This document shows positions 50,190 through 62,544 of a stretch of DNA of 64,000 nucleotides, piece after piece (position 1 is the first letter of the stretch; each line of letters starts with the position of its first letter). The notes below the pieces were generated by a model. That model was not told the origin of the DNA, searched no databases, and was given only the letters and a program-made list of their open reading frames with translations. A program made the position numbers and the translations under genes. Source of the stretch: Felis catus. Taxonomy: Eukaryota. Location: the NCBI RefSeq assembly GCF_018350175.1, contig NC_058368.1:202308001-202372000 (forward strand). Reading direction: 5' to 3'.

Positions 50190-50228
<39 letters not shown>

Positions 50229-50416
50229 TTATTTATGAGAGAGAGCCTGCAAGTAGGGGTAGAACAGAAAGAGAATTTTAAGCAGGTTCCATGCCCAGCG
50301 CTCAGCCTGATACAGGTAGGACGCGGGGCCTGACCTGACAGGCCCGAATGTGAGATCATGCCCTGAGTCAAAATCAAGAGTCAGGCACTTAAGCAACTGA
50401 GACATCTAGGCGCCCC
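50180..50416 (-). mobile_element. Can-SINE with (TTTA)n tail and rearranged B-box region
   Basis: (ttta)n at ~50189-50230; 'tgagatcatgccctgagtcaaaatcaagagtc...aggcgcccc'. Confidence 0.9.
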
Positions 50417-50704
50417 AGCTTTATAAAGAAATAAAGTCTTCCAAGTTACTGTAAATCAGATTGGTCTCTGTCTTCTTTAAATTACCCTACAACTGCAATA
50501 ACAGCAAATAAATGCCATAAAATTACTGCTGAATGTCACAAATAAAATAATGTATGATGAAATGCTATTTTTAATTTCGTCTTTTCTGTGATATACTCTA
50601 AGATAACTTACATCAGAAGCAGTGTGCAAGAAGAAAAATCAGTGAGTAGAAATGAAGCTGTCCCAAGAATTATTTTCTTAAATGTACAGTTGTATGGTGA
50701 CGAT

Positions 50705-50890
50705 AACACAGAGCACTTTGGGGTTCTAACACTAATTCTGACACTCGGTAGCAAAATGAACTCAGGCAGCTAGTCTGTTCTCTCCAGATTTCCTAACCTG
50801 TAAAATAGAGTTTTAAAAATTTACTTAATATGGTTATAAATTTTTTATAATATGTGTAGGATGTCTTATGTATAGTAAATATTATTAAAT
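50705..50890 (+). mobile_element. MIR
   Basis: 'agagcactttggg...ctctccagatttcctaacctgtaaaatagag...tatagtaaatattattaaat'. Confidence 0.55.
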
Positions 50891-51949
50891 AGGGGCTAAA
50901 TGTGGAAACATATAATGATAGAGATTGTATGGGGGAAATCCTAACTACTTTCTTCAGTTATTTCTCTAAAAAACAACAAAATAAACATTGTACACTCTGT
51001 TTTTTTTCTATTTCAGAGAAGATAAATATTTACATTACTTGCTTTTCTAGCCCCATAATCCATCCTTTCCCCCAAGCATTAGTGCCTCAGATGTAATTTT
51101 TAAAATAATGATAATAAAAGAAAAACATGGTACAAAAAATATGTTCCAAGCTACATTGACTTGCTGTGGTTGAGTTTTCATAAAATGACCTCTATTTCCT
51201 TTGTTTTTGGACCAGAAACCTTAGACAAAAATGTGAGCTATGGAATCAGCAAATTTAGTGCATCTTCTCAAACAGAAATCCAGATAAATAATCTGAAATT
51301 ACAAATTGGATTTAATCTAGGTATGAAGGCATTGCTGCTTCATGGAGTTTGCATTGCTGAAACCTGTTTGTCTATACATTCTTTGAGATTTTCAGACATT
51401 TTCAGTCCCTGGAGCTGTCAATGTGTCATTGCTCCAGTGACAAATTTATCTAAAAATGTAAATCTAGCACATGAAGTGTCACTGGAGATCTTTCTTGTAG
51501 TGAAACCATTTGTAAGAAAAACAAAGAAAACTCTGGTGACCTATAACATGAATAAAATAAGTAGACAGCAAGAAAAAATGGCACTTTATGATTCCTGGAA
51601 CATTATTGGAATCAGGCATAAACTAGATCTCATAGCATTTAATTAATTAAAATCCAGTGCATGGACAATTAATTAAAATCTCTTCTTCCTTGGTTGTTGG
51701 AAAGTATCACTGATCTGGTGACTGGGAGATAGAAAAAGTATACAGTGCCTCTAAATACCTGAATTATCGTTATGGTTCATTTTAGTGGGACCAAACAGTT
51801 CAGGCATACATATGCCTTCTCTACCTTACGTGCGGTCAGAGTGTTCTGTATTAGGATTTCTATACCTTATTCTCTAAATGTTGTTTTTCTCCTCATAAAT
51901 GTGTCTGATAATTAAAAGCCATCAGCAGCTACATCAAAAATGTAGGACA

Positions 51950-52150
51950 TGTGATAGAATGAAAGGTAATGGTTGTGAATTAAGACTAAACTAAATTCAA
52001 ATCTCAGATTCACAATGAATTTCCTCACCTTGATACCAGGGTTAGAGTTTGGGTCAGGGTCAGGATCAAGTAATTAACCTTCTATGTTTCGTTTTCCTTG
52101 TTTGTAAAATGTGAATAATAACATTTTTACAACAGAGCAGTGGTGGGTAA
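51950..52150 (+). mobile_element. MIR
   Basis: 'ttcaaatctcag...accttg / caagtaattaaccttctatgtttcgttttccttgtttgtaaaatg'. Confidence 0.65.
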
Positions 52151-52632
52151 GAATGAAGTCTCTGACAGCTCCTCCTCAAAATTGATACTATTATATGTGG
52201 TATTATTCTCTACCCCACTGTGGTATGACTTAACAGGAGTGGGTTTGGGTGATGTAAAGTAGCTAGTATTTTTCTCTTCCAATTTGCATATTCAGATGAC
52301 ATGAAATTATGCTTGGTATGATGATCCTTTCTGTCACACTTTAAGAGGTTTCTGTTAAGGTAATGAAACTGTTAGGGGGTTGAGGGTGTTCAACAAATTC
52401 AGGACTGTAAAAGAATTTCTTTCCAATGAATTGAGCAGTTTACATGGTAGAGTGGAAAACGAGTTGAGTAAGGAAGCACAGAGCACTGAGAACATGAGGT
52501 CAAGAGAGAAAAAGGAGTATTTGCTGTAAGATATTTATGTATGTATTTATTTATTTATATTGCTCTCCCACCCCCTGTATGACTGGATAAAGGATAAATC
52601 AATGTGTGTGTGAGGTGCATGTATATGTGTAT

Positions 52633-52633
<1 letters not shown>

Positions 52634-52668
<35 letters not shown>
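52634..52668. repeat. (TG)n microsatellite
   Basis: Direct reading. Confidence 0.97.
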
Positions 52669-52669
<1 letters not shown>

Positions 52670-54402
52670 CACACATTTTGAAAAAGTAAAACAGATCTTA
52701 ATTTGTTTTTATTTTACTTCTTATCATTTTTGACCCTCTCACTCTCCTTTCTTCTTTTTATCTCTCCAAGAACTTGGTGCATAAAAAAATATGTCCATGT
52801 ATGTAGTTATGGGCATTAAAATTCAGCCCCAGTTTAAAATAACAACCACCACCACAGCATCATGGGGACATTTTAAACTCAAGAGGGTTGTTAGCTCTGA
52901 TTGGAACTACTCTGACCATTTGCTGCCTAGATGAAGCTTTACTGTGCTATCTTTGACTTGAACTCCCAGGGAATCACACAAAATGCTGCTTCGGACAGTG
53001 TTTCCAGGAAGAAAACATCTTAGACCTAATAATGATATGCATTTAGAGGTGGGAAATTGCTAATTCAGCTATAAAATTATTTCATGTGAGTAAGATGTAA
53101 TGTTTAAAGCTTCCTCTTTGTTTTTAAAGTAGAGTGCATAGATATACATATTACAAAGCTATAAATCATATTTAATTTAAACATAACTGACTTTATTAAT
53201 CCCTTCCATTTCTCAGAGCCTTTTTGTAATGTAAAGGAATGCAAGCATCCGTGCATGAAACTCGGATACAGTTCAATGATTTCACACATTTAGCCAAGAT
53301 TCTGGCTTAGAAATTGCACAAAATAGATGAGCTTGAGGCCATAACACGCATAAGCATTCTACGAATATTTTTATCGTGCACAAATTTGAGAACTCTTTTC
53401 TTCTTTTGAATCCAGGCAATCCAAATGCTATATTTGCCTGTGAATATAATTTTAGAAATCATTAGAATTAATGAAGCCGTATTTTCAAACAAGAGAAATA
53501 TACACTGCACTGAAACTATTTTTGGATATATGAAAATACATTTTAATATAGTATGTTATGAAATTCTCGTCTTTTTAATTTCGGGACCAATCTTGATACC
53601 AGGGTTCATGGCTTCACCATTTGAAAGCCAGCTTCCTCCTCTTTTTCTGAATTGACTAAAAACTAGCTCTTTTTTGAAATACTGTGTATGTGTTTACCAA
53701 ATTCAAGTAATAGGCTTAAAGGCTTTGAGATCAACACCTTCAGTAAAACCTTAGAAAACTGAGTTGCATATGAGTATGGTCTTACCTTCATATAGGATGA
53801 ACTGATACCTACTTTTGCATTTCTGATTTTTAATAGTCAAAAGTTGAGTGGATACTCAATAAAAGAAAAAAAAAACCCTAAATGTTGCCATGGTTAATTT
53901 GTACTTCTAACACTGAACTTGATGTTGATAGTGTGAGTTACTGATTAAGGATTCAGAATATTCAGTGGCTAATTTGGCCTCACCTTTAAAGCCTGACCTC
54001 CATAAGTGATGGAGAACAGCAGAAAGTTTGAAAGAATTTACATTAGCCTAACGGTTTATTCTTTTAATCTTTCTCTCTTGAGGACCCATTAGAGGTGAAA
54101 ACAGAGTGAAGACAACCACCTTCTTCTTTGGCTACAAAACTACAAAATATATCACTATTATTTTTGTACTAAAGAGAGGGGGCACAGAGACAACCAGTTA
54201 ACCCACATCACTCCTATGAATAGAAGGAATTAGCATAGACAAAAGAGGGTTGTAGAGGCAAAGGGGTACTATGATCCTTTTCCTTTCTTAGGGTTACTTC
54301 AAAGGTTTAGGGGAAGTCAGGCCAGACTGTCTTATAGATGAACATCCATTTGTTGCTTCTATCTGCTGTTATCCCATTTAACCCATTTAAAATCTTGATT
54401 GA

Positions 54403-54623
54403 GGGGTGCCTGGGTGGCTCAGTCAGTTAAGCGTCCGACTTCAGCTCAGGTCACGATCTCGCGGTCTGTGAGTTCGAGCCCCGCATCGGGATCTGGGCTG
54501 ATGGCTCAGAGCCTGGAGCCTACTTCCAATTCTGTGTCTCCCTCTCTCTCTGCCCCTCCGCCGTTCATGCTCTGTCTCTCTCTGTCTCAAAAATAAATAA
54601 ACATTAAAAAAAATAAAAAAAAA
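54403..54623 (+). mobile_element. Young Felis-type Can-SINE
   Basis: Perfect TSD taaaatcttgattga at 54388-54402 and 54624-54638. Confidence 0.97.
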
Positions 54624-54899
54624 TAAAATCTTGATTGATACCATGATACAGTATTATTCCAGGCCACTGTGGCTGAGGGAAGTTTAAGATGTTGCCTGGG
54701 AAGCATCATGATTTAATGCAGTTAAAGATCTGTTTTTTGTTGAACTTAAACAGAAGGAGATGTTTCCACCATCTTCAACACAGTATTGAGAGAATGCAAA
54801 AGTCTCAGATTAAAAAGTCAGAGCTACAGTATGATGGCAAACATTTTATTGTTAATAAGATAAACCCTACAAAGTGATGCTATATAATTCTTTTCTTGT

Positions 54900-55030
54900 T
54901 AGTAGTCTCCTCCATGAGACTATAGTCCTTTGAAGCTCCCTGGTTCCCTACTGTATCTGCAGTACTTAGAACAAAGCCTGGCACTGTATAGAGGTTCAAT
55001 AAATGTTTCTTGGGTAGAAGAATCAATAAT
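54900..55030 (+). mobile_element. L2 3' end
   Basis: 'ctgtatctgcagtacttagaacaaagcctggcactgtatagaggttcaataaatgttt'. Confidence 0.75.
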
Positions 55031-55382
55031 AAGAGTCTTGTAGCAGGAAGTGTGTATTCTGGCAAGATAACTCTGATAGGAGGAGAATGATATAGAGTAC
55101 TTAAACAGACAAGAAATTCAAGCTCAGGACTGAGGCAGTTCTCTAAGCTGCAGATGTATAGGAAGGATTGAAATGTGATATCAGAACTTAGGCCATATAC
55201 TTTATATACTTTATAGTTTATTGAATAAAATATGTATAGTAAATTATATATAAGAGAGAGGAGAGAGGGGGGAGAGAGATTGAGAGAGAATTTGAGCTGG
55301 ATTTATCCAACATACTTCAAAGTAGGGGAAAATTGATTCATAATCCCCCTATAAATATGTACACACAAACCTCACACATATG

Positions 55383-55419
55383 ATATATATGTATATATGT
55401 ATCTATCTATCTATCTATC

Positions 55420-55458
<39 letters not shown>
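55383..55458. repeat. Compound (TA)n(TCTA)n(CA)n microsatellite
   Basis: Direct reading. Confidence 0.95.
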
Positions 55459-55460
<2 letters not shown>

Positions 55461-56940
55461 CACTCCAAGGTATTCTTCCATAAGAAAATCAATGGAAACA
55501 TAAATATCATTGGGTCACAGATAGAAAAGTAGGATGTTAATTAGAGGAGGGTTTATTTTTTAATCTTTTCCAATTGGCATAATAGATCCCATTGAGAGGG
55601 AGATGTTTCATACACAAGAGAGTAAGATTAATTGATAACATAAGGTTTTTTTGGTGAAAACTTTTGGAGACAATAGGATCCCTAGCATGAGACTGACCTT
55701 AAATAAAAGGCTGAAGAACTTCCTTACTGGGACAAGAGAAAAGAGGGTATAAAGGGTGTAGATGTAAGCTTTTATTCCTAGAAGAGGAAAAATTAAACAC
55801 TGGAATAAAATTGAAAAATTTTCAAATATTGGATAGAGGAAAACGAGGTACAGAGTTAATGGGAAAAGTGAAGTGCATGAAGACAAACATTTAGATTGCT
55901 GTTCAATAACAAATGTCCATTTAAACTTGTAAAATCATATTTAATACTAGAAACAGTGCATCCTGTTTTCTGCATTTTCCCAGCAGTCTTTGCTTCAGTG
56001 GATGAGGCATGGCAAAATGAAACGTGCCTGAATCAGGGTTTACCTTTGGAATGGTATCATACTCATAAAATCTTTCTTAAAGTGACTTACTGCCAAGATA
56101 TTTTAAATCTAATGGCTCCAAAAGTTTCCTAAATCAAATAGTATCTATGTACATTTCTTTGAAGAAAGCTAAATAGGGCCATTGCAAACAAACTAGTATT
56201 TATCACACTGATAAGAAACCTATGATAATTTTATATGTCATCACTTTTAGATCACAGTGTAGTACTGTTTCTATATGTGGAAATATTAGCTTTCAATGGA
56301 GAAATGGCTACTGTATAAGATACTGTTAGAATTCTTTCTTACTGCAAGTATAGCAAAGTGAATTTTGCTTAGTTATAAAGCTAAGGATTGCTATTTTGGG
56401 TTTCACTAAATTCATTCTATTTCTATCCTTTTTTGGTTTTGGGCAAACCAGTGGACAGTTACTGATATTTCTTTTGTTTTGTTCTTGTTTGTCTGTTTGT
56501 TTTTTTAATATTTCCCATGCTAGAAAAGAGAGAATAAGAAGACTAAATAACTTGAGTACAATTCATGTTGGACATTGAGGTGTTTTTTAATCATCCATTT
56601 GAGTATGGGTTTCTTTGCTCTTTTGATAATTCTAAAGAACAGATAATGAAATGATGCTGCCATACTTTGAAACTATGAAATTTAACTTCAACCAGCCACA
56701 TTATTCATAATTTTCTCTTGACTTTCTGTTTATGCTGGCTGCTGGCAGTATATGGTATCTCCTCCCATATAGATTCTAAACAACAATCTATACCTAAGTG
56801 CTCTTTTTAAAATTATGGCAACTCTGGGTCATGTGGCCTTTGACTGATTCAGTAATTAACTCTTTATGTCCAAATGACTGAACTACATTCTCTGAGACTG
56901 AATATAAACAAATAGAGCCAACAAAAAGATTTGTTAACTA

Positions 56941-57128
56941 ATTTATTATTATTTATTTATTTATTCCTGAGAGAGAGAGCGACAGACAGACAGACATAGA
57001 ATCCCAAGCAGGTTCCACGCTGTCAGCGCAGAGCCCAATGCAGGGCTCAAACTCATGAACCGTGACATCATGACCTGAGCTGAAATCAAGAATCGGACGC
57101 TTATCTCACTGAGTTACCCAGGCACCCC
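56941..57128 (-). mobile_element. Can-SINE
   Basis: 'gaatcccaagcaggttccacgctgtcagcgcagagccc...catgacctgagctgaaatcaag...cccaggcacccc'. Confidence 0.94.
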
Positions 57129-57994
57129 ATATTTGTTTTCTACTTTTGATAGTTAATGTGCTGGTGGAAAATAAGTCATCTTGTGCATAATTTTTAAAGA
57201 ATAAAAAATAAGCTGTAGCTTGTCATGGAGTATTCAAATTTTTGTGGTTGAAGAGTTTGATTCTGCACAGTTTTTGGCTTTACATTCTTCTTCCACATTT
57301 TGGGCTCAACAGAAAAGCTAGCATCTCAACTCTAGGAATGAGTTGGTACATTGGCCTTGCCTTGTGAGACATCTGCTAAAGCCTAGGAGAGCATTTGTCC
57401 CTTTCCATGCATAAAGCTGCACATAACGCTGTGGTTTTGTGCTAGTGTTCATTCAAAAAGCATCTTTTGACTATCTGCCACGCATGAAATGATACCAGAA
57501 TAAAATATAATTTTTAGTAGTGCATAGAGGTAGAGTTCTTATAATCCATTTAAGGCAGCCTATGAATGAATACTAAAATTCTAGAGACAATAGGTGCTGG
57601 AGATTGGAGAGAAACTTTAAGTGGACAGTCTCACAGAGGAGACATCATTGAAGATAGGTCTTTAGTATTTAGTAGAAATAAAAATTAATATACTGAATAA
57701 AACAAATATTCAGATTTCTAGTTTAAATCTTTTCAAATAGTTGCAAATTCCCATTACTAAAAAGTTTTGAACAGAAGATAGGCCATTAGATTTCACATAC
57801 CACTATATGGTAACATGGCTAGGAACGTGTTCTACATATTTATGTTGTATGCTTACTTGTGATCTTTAGAATGCTATGATGTATCTAGATTTGGATCTTT
57901 AATTTATTTCAGTTATTCTTTAATTAGTTGTTTTTAAATATTGTGTTTAGAATGCCAAAAGAAAAGAGTTTTCTGTTTAATAAGTCCATGAACA

Positions 57995-58125
57995 GAGAAA
58001 TAGTTGGCCTTGTCTTAATATGGAACTGGGTTTGAATTCAAGCTCTATAACTTACAACTTTTTGGACTGTGGTAAAGTCATTTAAAGTCTTTGGTTCCAG
58101 TTTTCTTATCTATCGGTGACAGATG
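57995..58125 (+). mobile_element. MIR fragment
   Basis: 'ctgggtttgaattcaagctct...aagtcatttaaagtctttggttccagttttcttatctat'. Confidence 0.65.
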
Positions 58126-58976
58126 GAATGAACATATTTGTGATTGAGAAAACTAGGAAAGCCTATAGAAGGTTTCAGAGTTGTCAGGGTAGAAAAATGG
58201 GCGATGGAGATATTGAGGATGGGGAGAGATCAAGTGAGTGGAGAAATTTCTTGGCAGAATTGTCAGGAGGGTGGTAACAGCTAGGCGAGGAATAACTGTG
58301 GGAAACTAGAGATTTCTAAATAAAGATTTATACTATATTTTACTGTATTACATGTACTGTAACATTCTGTTCTGTCTCATTAATTTTTCAGGAAATAATC
58401 CATTTATTCCTAATCTCTTATACAACTAATTTTCTTTGGGGGTGGAGAAGAGTTAGAGCCATTCTCCCAGGTTGGAAAAGTAATGTAAATACTCACTGCT
58501 TTTCATGGAGGAGTCATATTTAGGATACATCTGTACTAGTGATAATAAAAAATTACTTCCAAGAGTGCTGTATGATGTTTAGAGAATGTTGAGCATGTTA
58601 CCTGACATATAGCAGATGCTTAATGTAGGGTAGCTATGTATCATTCCTAGAGATAGTAATATCAGCCACATAAACAGGTAAGGAAATTCAAAGGTAAGCA
58701 AAAATTGTATTCCAATGAAATTCCATCAAAAAAAGAAGTTCAAATTTTTCCTTCCGAAGTTTGCTTCTATAATGAATATATCCTTGTATCTTGTCATGAT
58801 AAACAATTTATCACTTTTCTCAAAATAGTTATTGTCTACCTTTGAGCAGATAGTTAAATATGGTGGCTCCAGTTTAGGATATATTTCTTCTTTGTCTTCA
58901 AGACATGGATAACTAGGATATAACATAAACAGTTTCCAAGATTTAGGTTCAACTAATTAAATAAGTGCTTTAAAGA

Positions 58977-59408
58977 TGCCCACTAACCCAAAGTCTGCTT
59001 GTTTTACAGGATTTATTTATTGTCCACTCAGGCTATGTAGAATACAATAAATATTCATGATCCAAATAGTTCTGAATAGTGTGTTTGGCTTCAAGTGATG
59101 AAAAGAGACATTGACTGAAGAGACCCTATGTGGGTTGATCTGTGTGTGTAGGGCATGGAGATGGTCATTCATCCTTCCATGAACTATGAGAGTCATCATT
59201 TAGGAAGGTGTCTGTATGAGGTCATGAAGCATGGCTCTTGGTGCTTTACGTCATCCTGGCTGCTCAGACACTGAGAGGGACCTAAGAACATACCAACCCT
59301 AGGAGAATTTACATTTCTCCAGAGAGGCACCTGTGTGCTGGGGAGGCCAATCTCCAAGTTCTTTCTGGTACTCTGTGGATTAAAGCAGGCAGACATTCTG
59401 TCACCACA
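58977..59408 (-). mobile_element. Probable ERV solo LTR
   Basis: GC-richer ~430-bp block bounded by TG...CA; minus strand starts tgtggtgacagaatg; minus-strand AATAAA near 59011-59020. Confidence 0.45.
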
Positions 59409-59600
59409 GTCAGGTGTGACTTAAGAAAAGTGAGTAACATCTTAGGGAAAAAAAGACCCTGAGGAGGGTACTCCTCAGAGAGGGTACTCCAAAGAGAAGA
59501 AAAAGATGAATGAGGAGGAGGAAAAGAAAAAATATGTACTTATGATATATATGTAGGTATTATATATATATACATATATTTATTATAGATACCTTTTAAA

Positions 59601-59812
59601 ATTTTTTTTCAACGTTTATTTATTTTTGGAACAGAGAGAGACAGAGCATGAACGGGGGAGGGGCAGAGAGAGAGGGAGACACAGAATCAGAAACAGGCTC
59701 CAGGCTCTGAGCCATCAGCCCAGAGCCTGACGCGGGGCTCGAACTCACGGACCGCGAGATCGTGACCTGGCTGAAGTCGGAGGCTTAACCGACTGCGCCA
59801 CCCAGGCGCCCC
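59601..59812 (-). mobile_element. Young Felis-type Can-SINE
   Basis: Near-consensus; perfect 17-bp TSD tatagataccttttaaa at 59584-59600 and 59813-59829. Confidence 0.98.
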
Positions 59813-61977
59813 TATAGATACCTTTTAAAGATATCCTGAGTGCGTGAGAAAATCAGACATTATTATTGTACTGAATACTTCCCCTAACATCCATGAATAT
59901 ATCTTGAATTGAGTAAAAATCAATCTATTTCTAGTTGTATTGTCAGTCAGAAGTTATAGAATCGGTGTCCATAATTAATCCTTTAATTAATTTGTCAAAA
60001 CAAGACCTTTTGTAGTGGAATTGTGTAGCAAATTCCTGGCAAGCTGAATAGAAGAGAGTGGAAGCAAATCCAATCGTTCAGTTAAAAAAAATCCTTTCTG
60101 ACAGAACCTAGAACCTAGAATTTCTATTACAGAAAATCAATGAAGAGATGATGTTTCCTAATTTCACTTGTTTTTAAACATCATATACAACAACATAAAA
60201 ATTCTTAAGTTCTTTTCTACATAGAATTATGCTGCAGATTAATGGTTTCTAGACATATTTTGCAAAACACTATTTCAGGGTATGTAAATAGGTACACAAA
60301 AAAGTTGTAATTTGTGAACTAAGTTTATATCTCAATTTAGAAACTTCTGTTCACAGCACCTTGTTAATGGTAGCAAAAATTCTGTAGCTAAAAAAAGCAC
60401 AATATTTTCTAACTGTTTTAACCACGAAGTGCTTTTTTAAAGCATACCTGTACCAGAACAATGTAGAATTATCATCAATTTGAAGAAAAACTTTGTATCC
60501 CTGGTCTGGGAATGCAAAGATAAATAAGTCCCAGTACCTACATTGAATAGGGGACAGGCAAATCTATCACAATGAACTATCCTATCTATACAGATACGTT
60601 GAATACTACTAGTAAAATTCATGTGTTCCAAAGTTGTAAAGAGCAGGGAATAATTGACTTTGCCACAGTTATGGCCTCACAGAGGAAGTGAGAGTAAGGC
60701 TTTAGGGAAAAAATGAGGAAATAGAAACTCTACATTTCTGATATATTTTTTTAAGCAAGAAAGATATAAATCAAATTTAGTCTTTTAGATTAATTTAACA
60801 AAAATTAGAGATGAATAAGAGAGGGAAGTGATAGAATTCAGAAGACATAAGGAAATCACTAGATCTCTTCCCCATTACTTTACTAATGTAGTCCTCCCAC
60901 CTCTGAGGCTGGGAGGGATTGCATTCACAAAATATCACTGAACGCATCACTTAAGCTTGGAACTATGGCTCCTTTTACTTCTAATTCATCCAGATTTGAG
61001 TTTTATGGACTCTTTTAGGAAGTTGATATCTGTGTCTATGGCATCTAAGTTCCATATAACTGGAGAACAAATACTGTTTTCATAGGTCATAGACTGACTG
61101 TATCATCATATGTTTTTAAGGACTAGGATCTGACTTATTTTGTTTCTAGGCAGCAGAATGTGTGAGAACTGCTTGAAAATTAGGAGAAAACCTAAGTAGG
61201 CCCTCATGCCTTCTGAGAGCTGGCAAAGAGAGAACAGTGCCATCAAGTTCCATTCCAAATTTAAGGGCAGCTGAGAGCCAACAAAGTCCAACTTTCCACA
61301 TGATGGTGAAGCATGGATTTTCCACCCACATCACAGCTGGCTTCTCAAGTTGTCTCATCAGTGTCACCTACAAGGCATTCTTTGCCTGAGATAATTTGGC
61401 AGAATCTCCAACCCTGGGATATTGGAATGCAGCCAATCTACCAGCATGGTTTAGCTCCCAGGAAGCCCATGTGGTTATTGGATGCAGGACTGATTGAAGG
61501 AGGGTGATTCTGAGCAGCTTGGAGAGTAAAACCTCCTTATGGGCATAATAATTTATTACTCAGGATGCTGGAAGCAGTATACACTATTTTTCAGGCAGTA
61601 AAAAGCTCCACAAGCAATCTGATTTTGTTTGCTTATTTTGTTTTGCTTTGCTTTTCCTTTCATTGAATTAAAACTATTTAAAATAAGGGGATACCTATTA
61701 GCAAAGGAATCTGGCAAACCATAAAGCTGTCTGTCCCCAAAGACTCTGATTTAAGAATAGGAGTACTCTACTCACAAATCAGAGCACTCTGCCATCTTGT
61801 TTTAACAGCAGGCTTATTGGACAGAATTCATGGTATTTAATTTAGGATAATCTATGGAAACAGCTAGTCAGCTCCATTTACTTCTGCAGATGCACCCTTA
61901 TGATCACAAAGCACATAGCTGTCATGATACAGAGTTTTTTTTTGCCCCCAGGTTAAAAGGAGAGAGCTATTTCTTAA

Positions 61978-62003
61978 AACTAACTAACTAACTAACTAAC
62001 TAA
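61978..62003. repeat. (CTAA)n microsatellite
   Basis: Direct reading. Confidence 0.93.
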
Positions 62004-62026
62004 TACGTAGAAAAAGCTAAGGTTTC

Positions 62027-62249
62027 TTTTTTTAAATTTTTTTTCAACGTTTTATTTTATTTTTGAGACAGAGGGAGACAGAGCATGAACGGGGGAGGGG
62101 CAAAGAGAGAGGGAGACACAGAATCGGAAACAGGCTCCAGGCTCTGAGCCATCAGCCCAGAGCCCGACGTGGGGCTTGAACTCATGGACCACGAGATCGT
62201 GACCTGGCTGAAGTCAGACGCTTAACCAACTGCGCCACCCAGGCGCCCT
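62027..62249 (-). mobile_element. Young Felis-type Can-SINE
   Basis: TSD gaaaaagct[a/g]aggtttc at 62010-62026 and 62250-62266. Confidence 0.97.
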
Positions 62250-62482
62250 GAAAAAGCTGAGGTTTCAATTGTGAGTCTAGACCTGGTAGAATAAAGCTGG
62301 GCTTGTGATGGTAATGGAAGTCAGGGGAAGGGCTGATCCTTACCTGGTGACCTAGGATTAAATAGCCATTGAAACAGCCTTGCTGATAGAAAAAGTCTAC
62401 CCAAATTTACCATTCAAAGAAAGATGTGTTAGGAAAAAAAAATACTATCTAATGGCAGAAGATTTCCACACCAGCTACTCAT

Positions 62483-62537
62483 TTTAGTTGACCAGATCAA
62501 CTTTAGTTGACCAGGTCATTTAGTTTACCAGGTCAAG
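62483..62537. repeat. Three-copy 17-19-bp tandem repeat
   Basis: tttagttgaccagatcaac / tttagttgaccaggtca / tttagtttaccaggtcaag. Confidence 0.9.
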
Positions 62538-62544
62538 TGTACAA

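Noticed and set aside
51432..51487. 11-bp perfect inverted repeat ctccagtgaca/tgtcactggag (pre-miRNA or snoRNA-like?)
   Set aside because: About one such repeat is expected by chance in 64 kb; the stem is too short for a pre-miRNA and there are no C/D boxes.
61170..61620. GC-richer block, possibly an LTR or exon
   Set aside because: No termini, TSD, splice pair or consensus match I can support.
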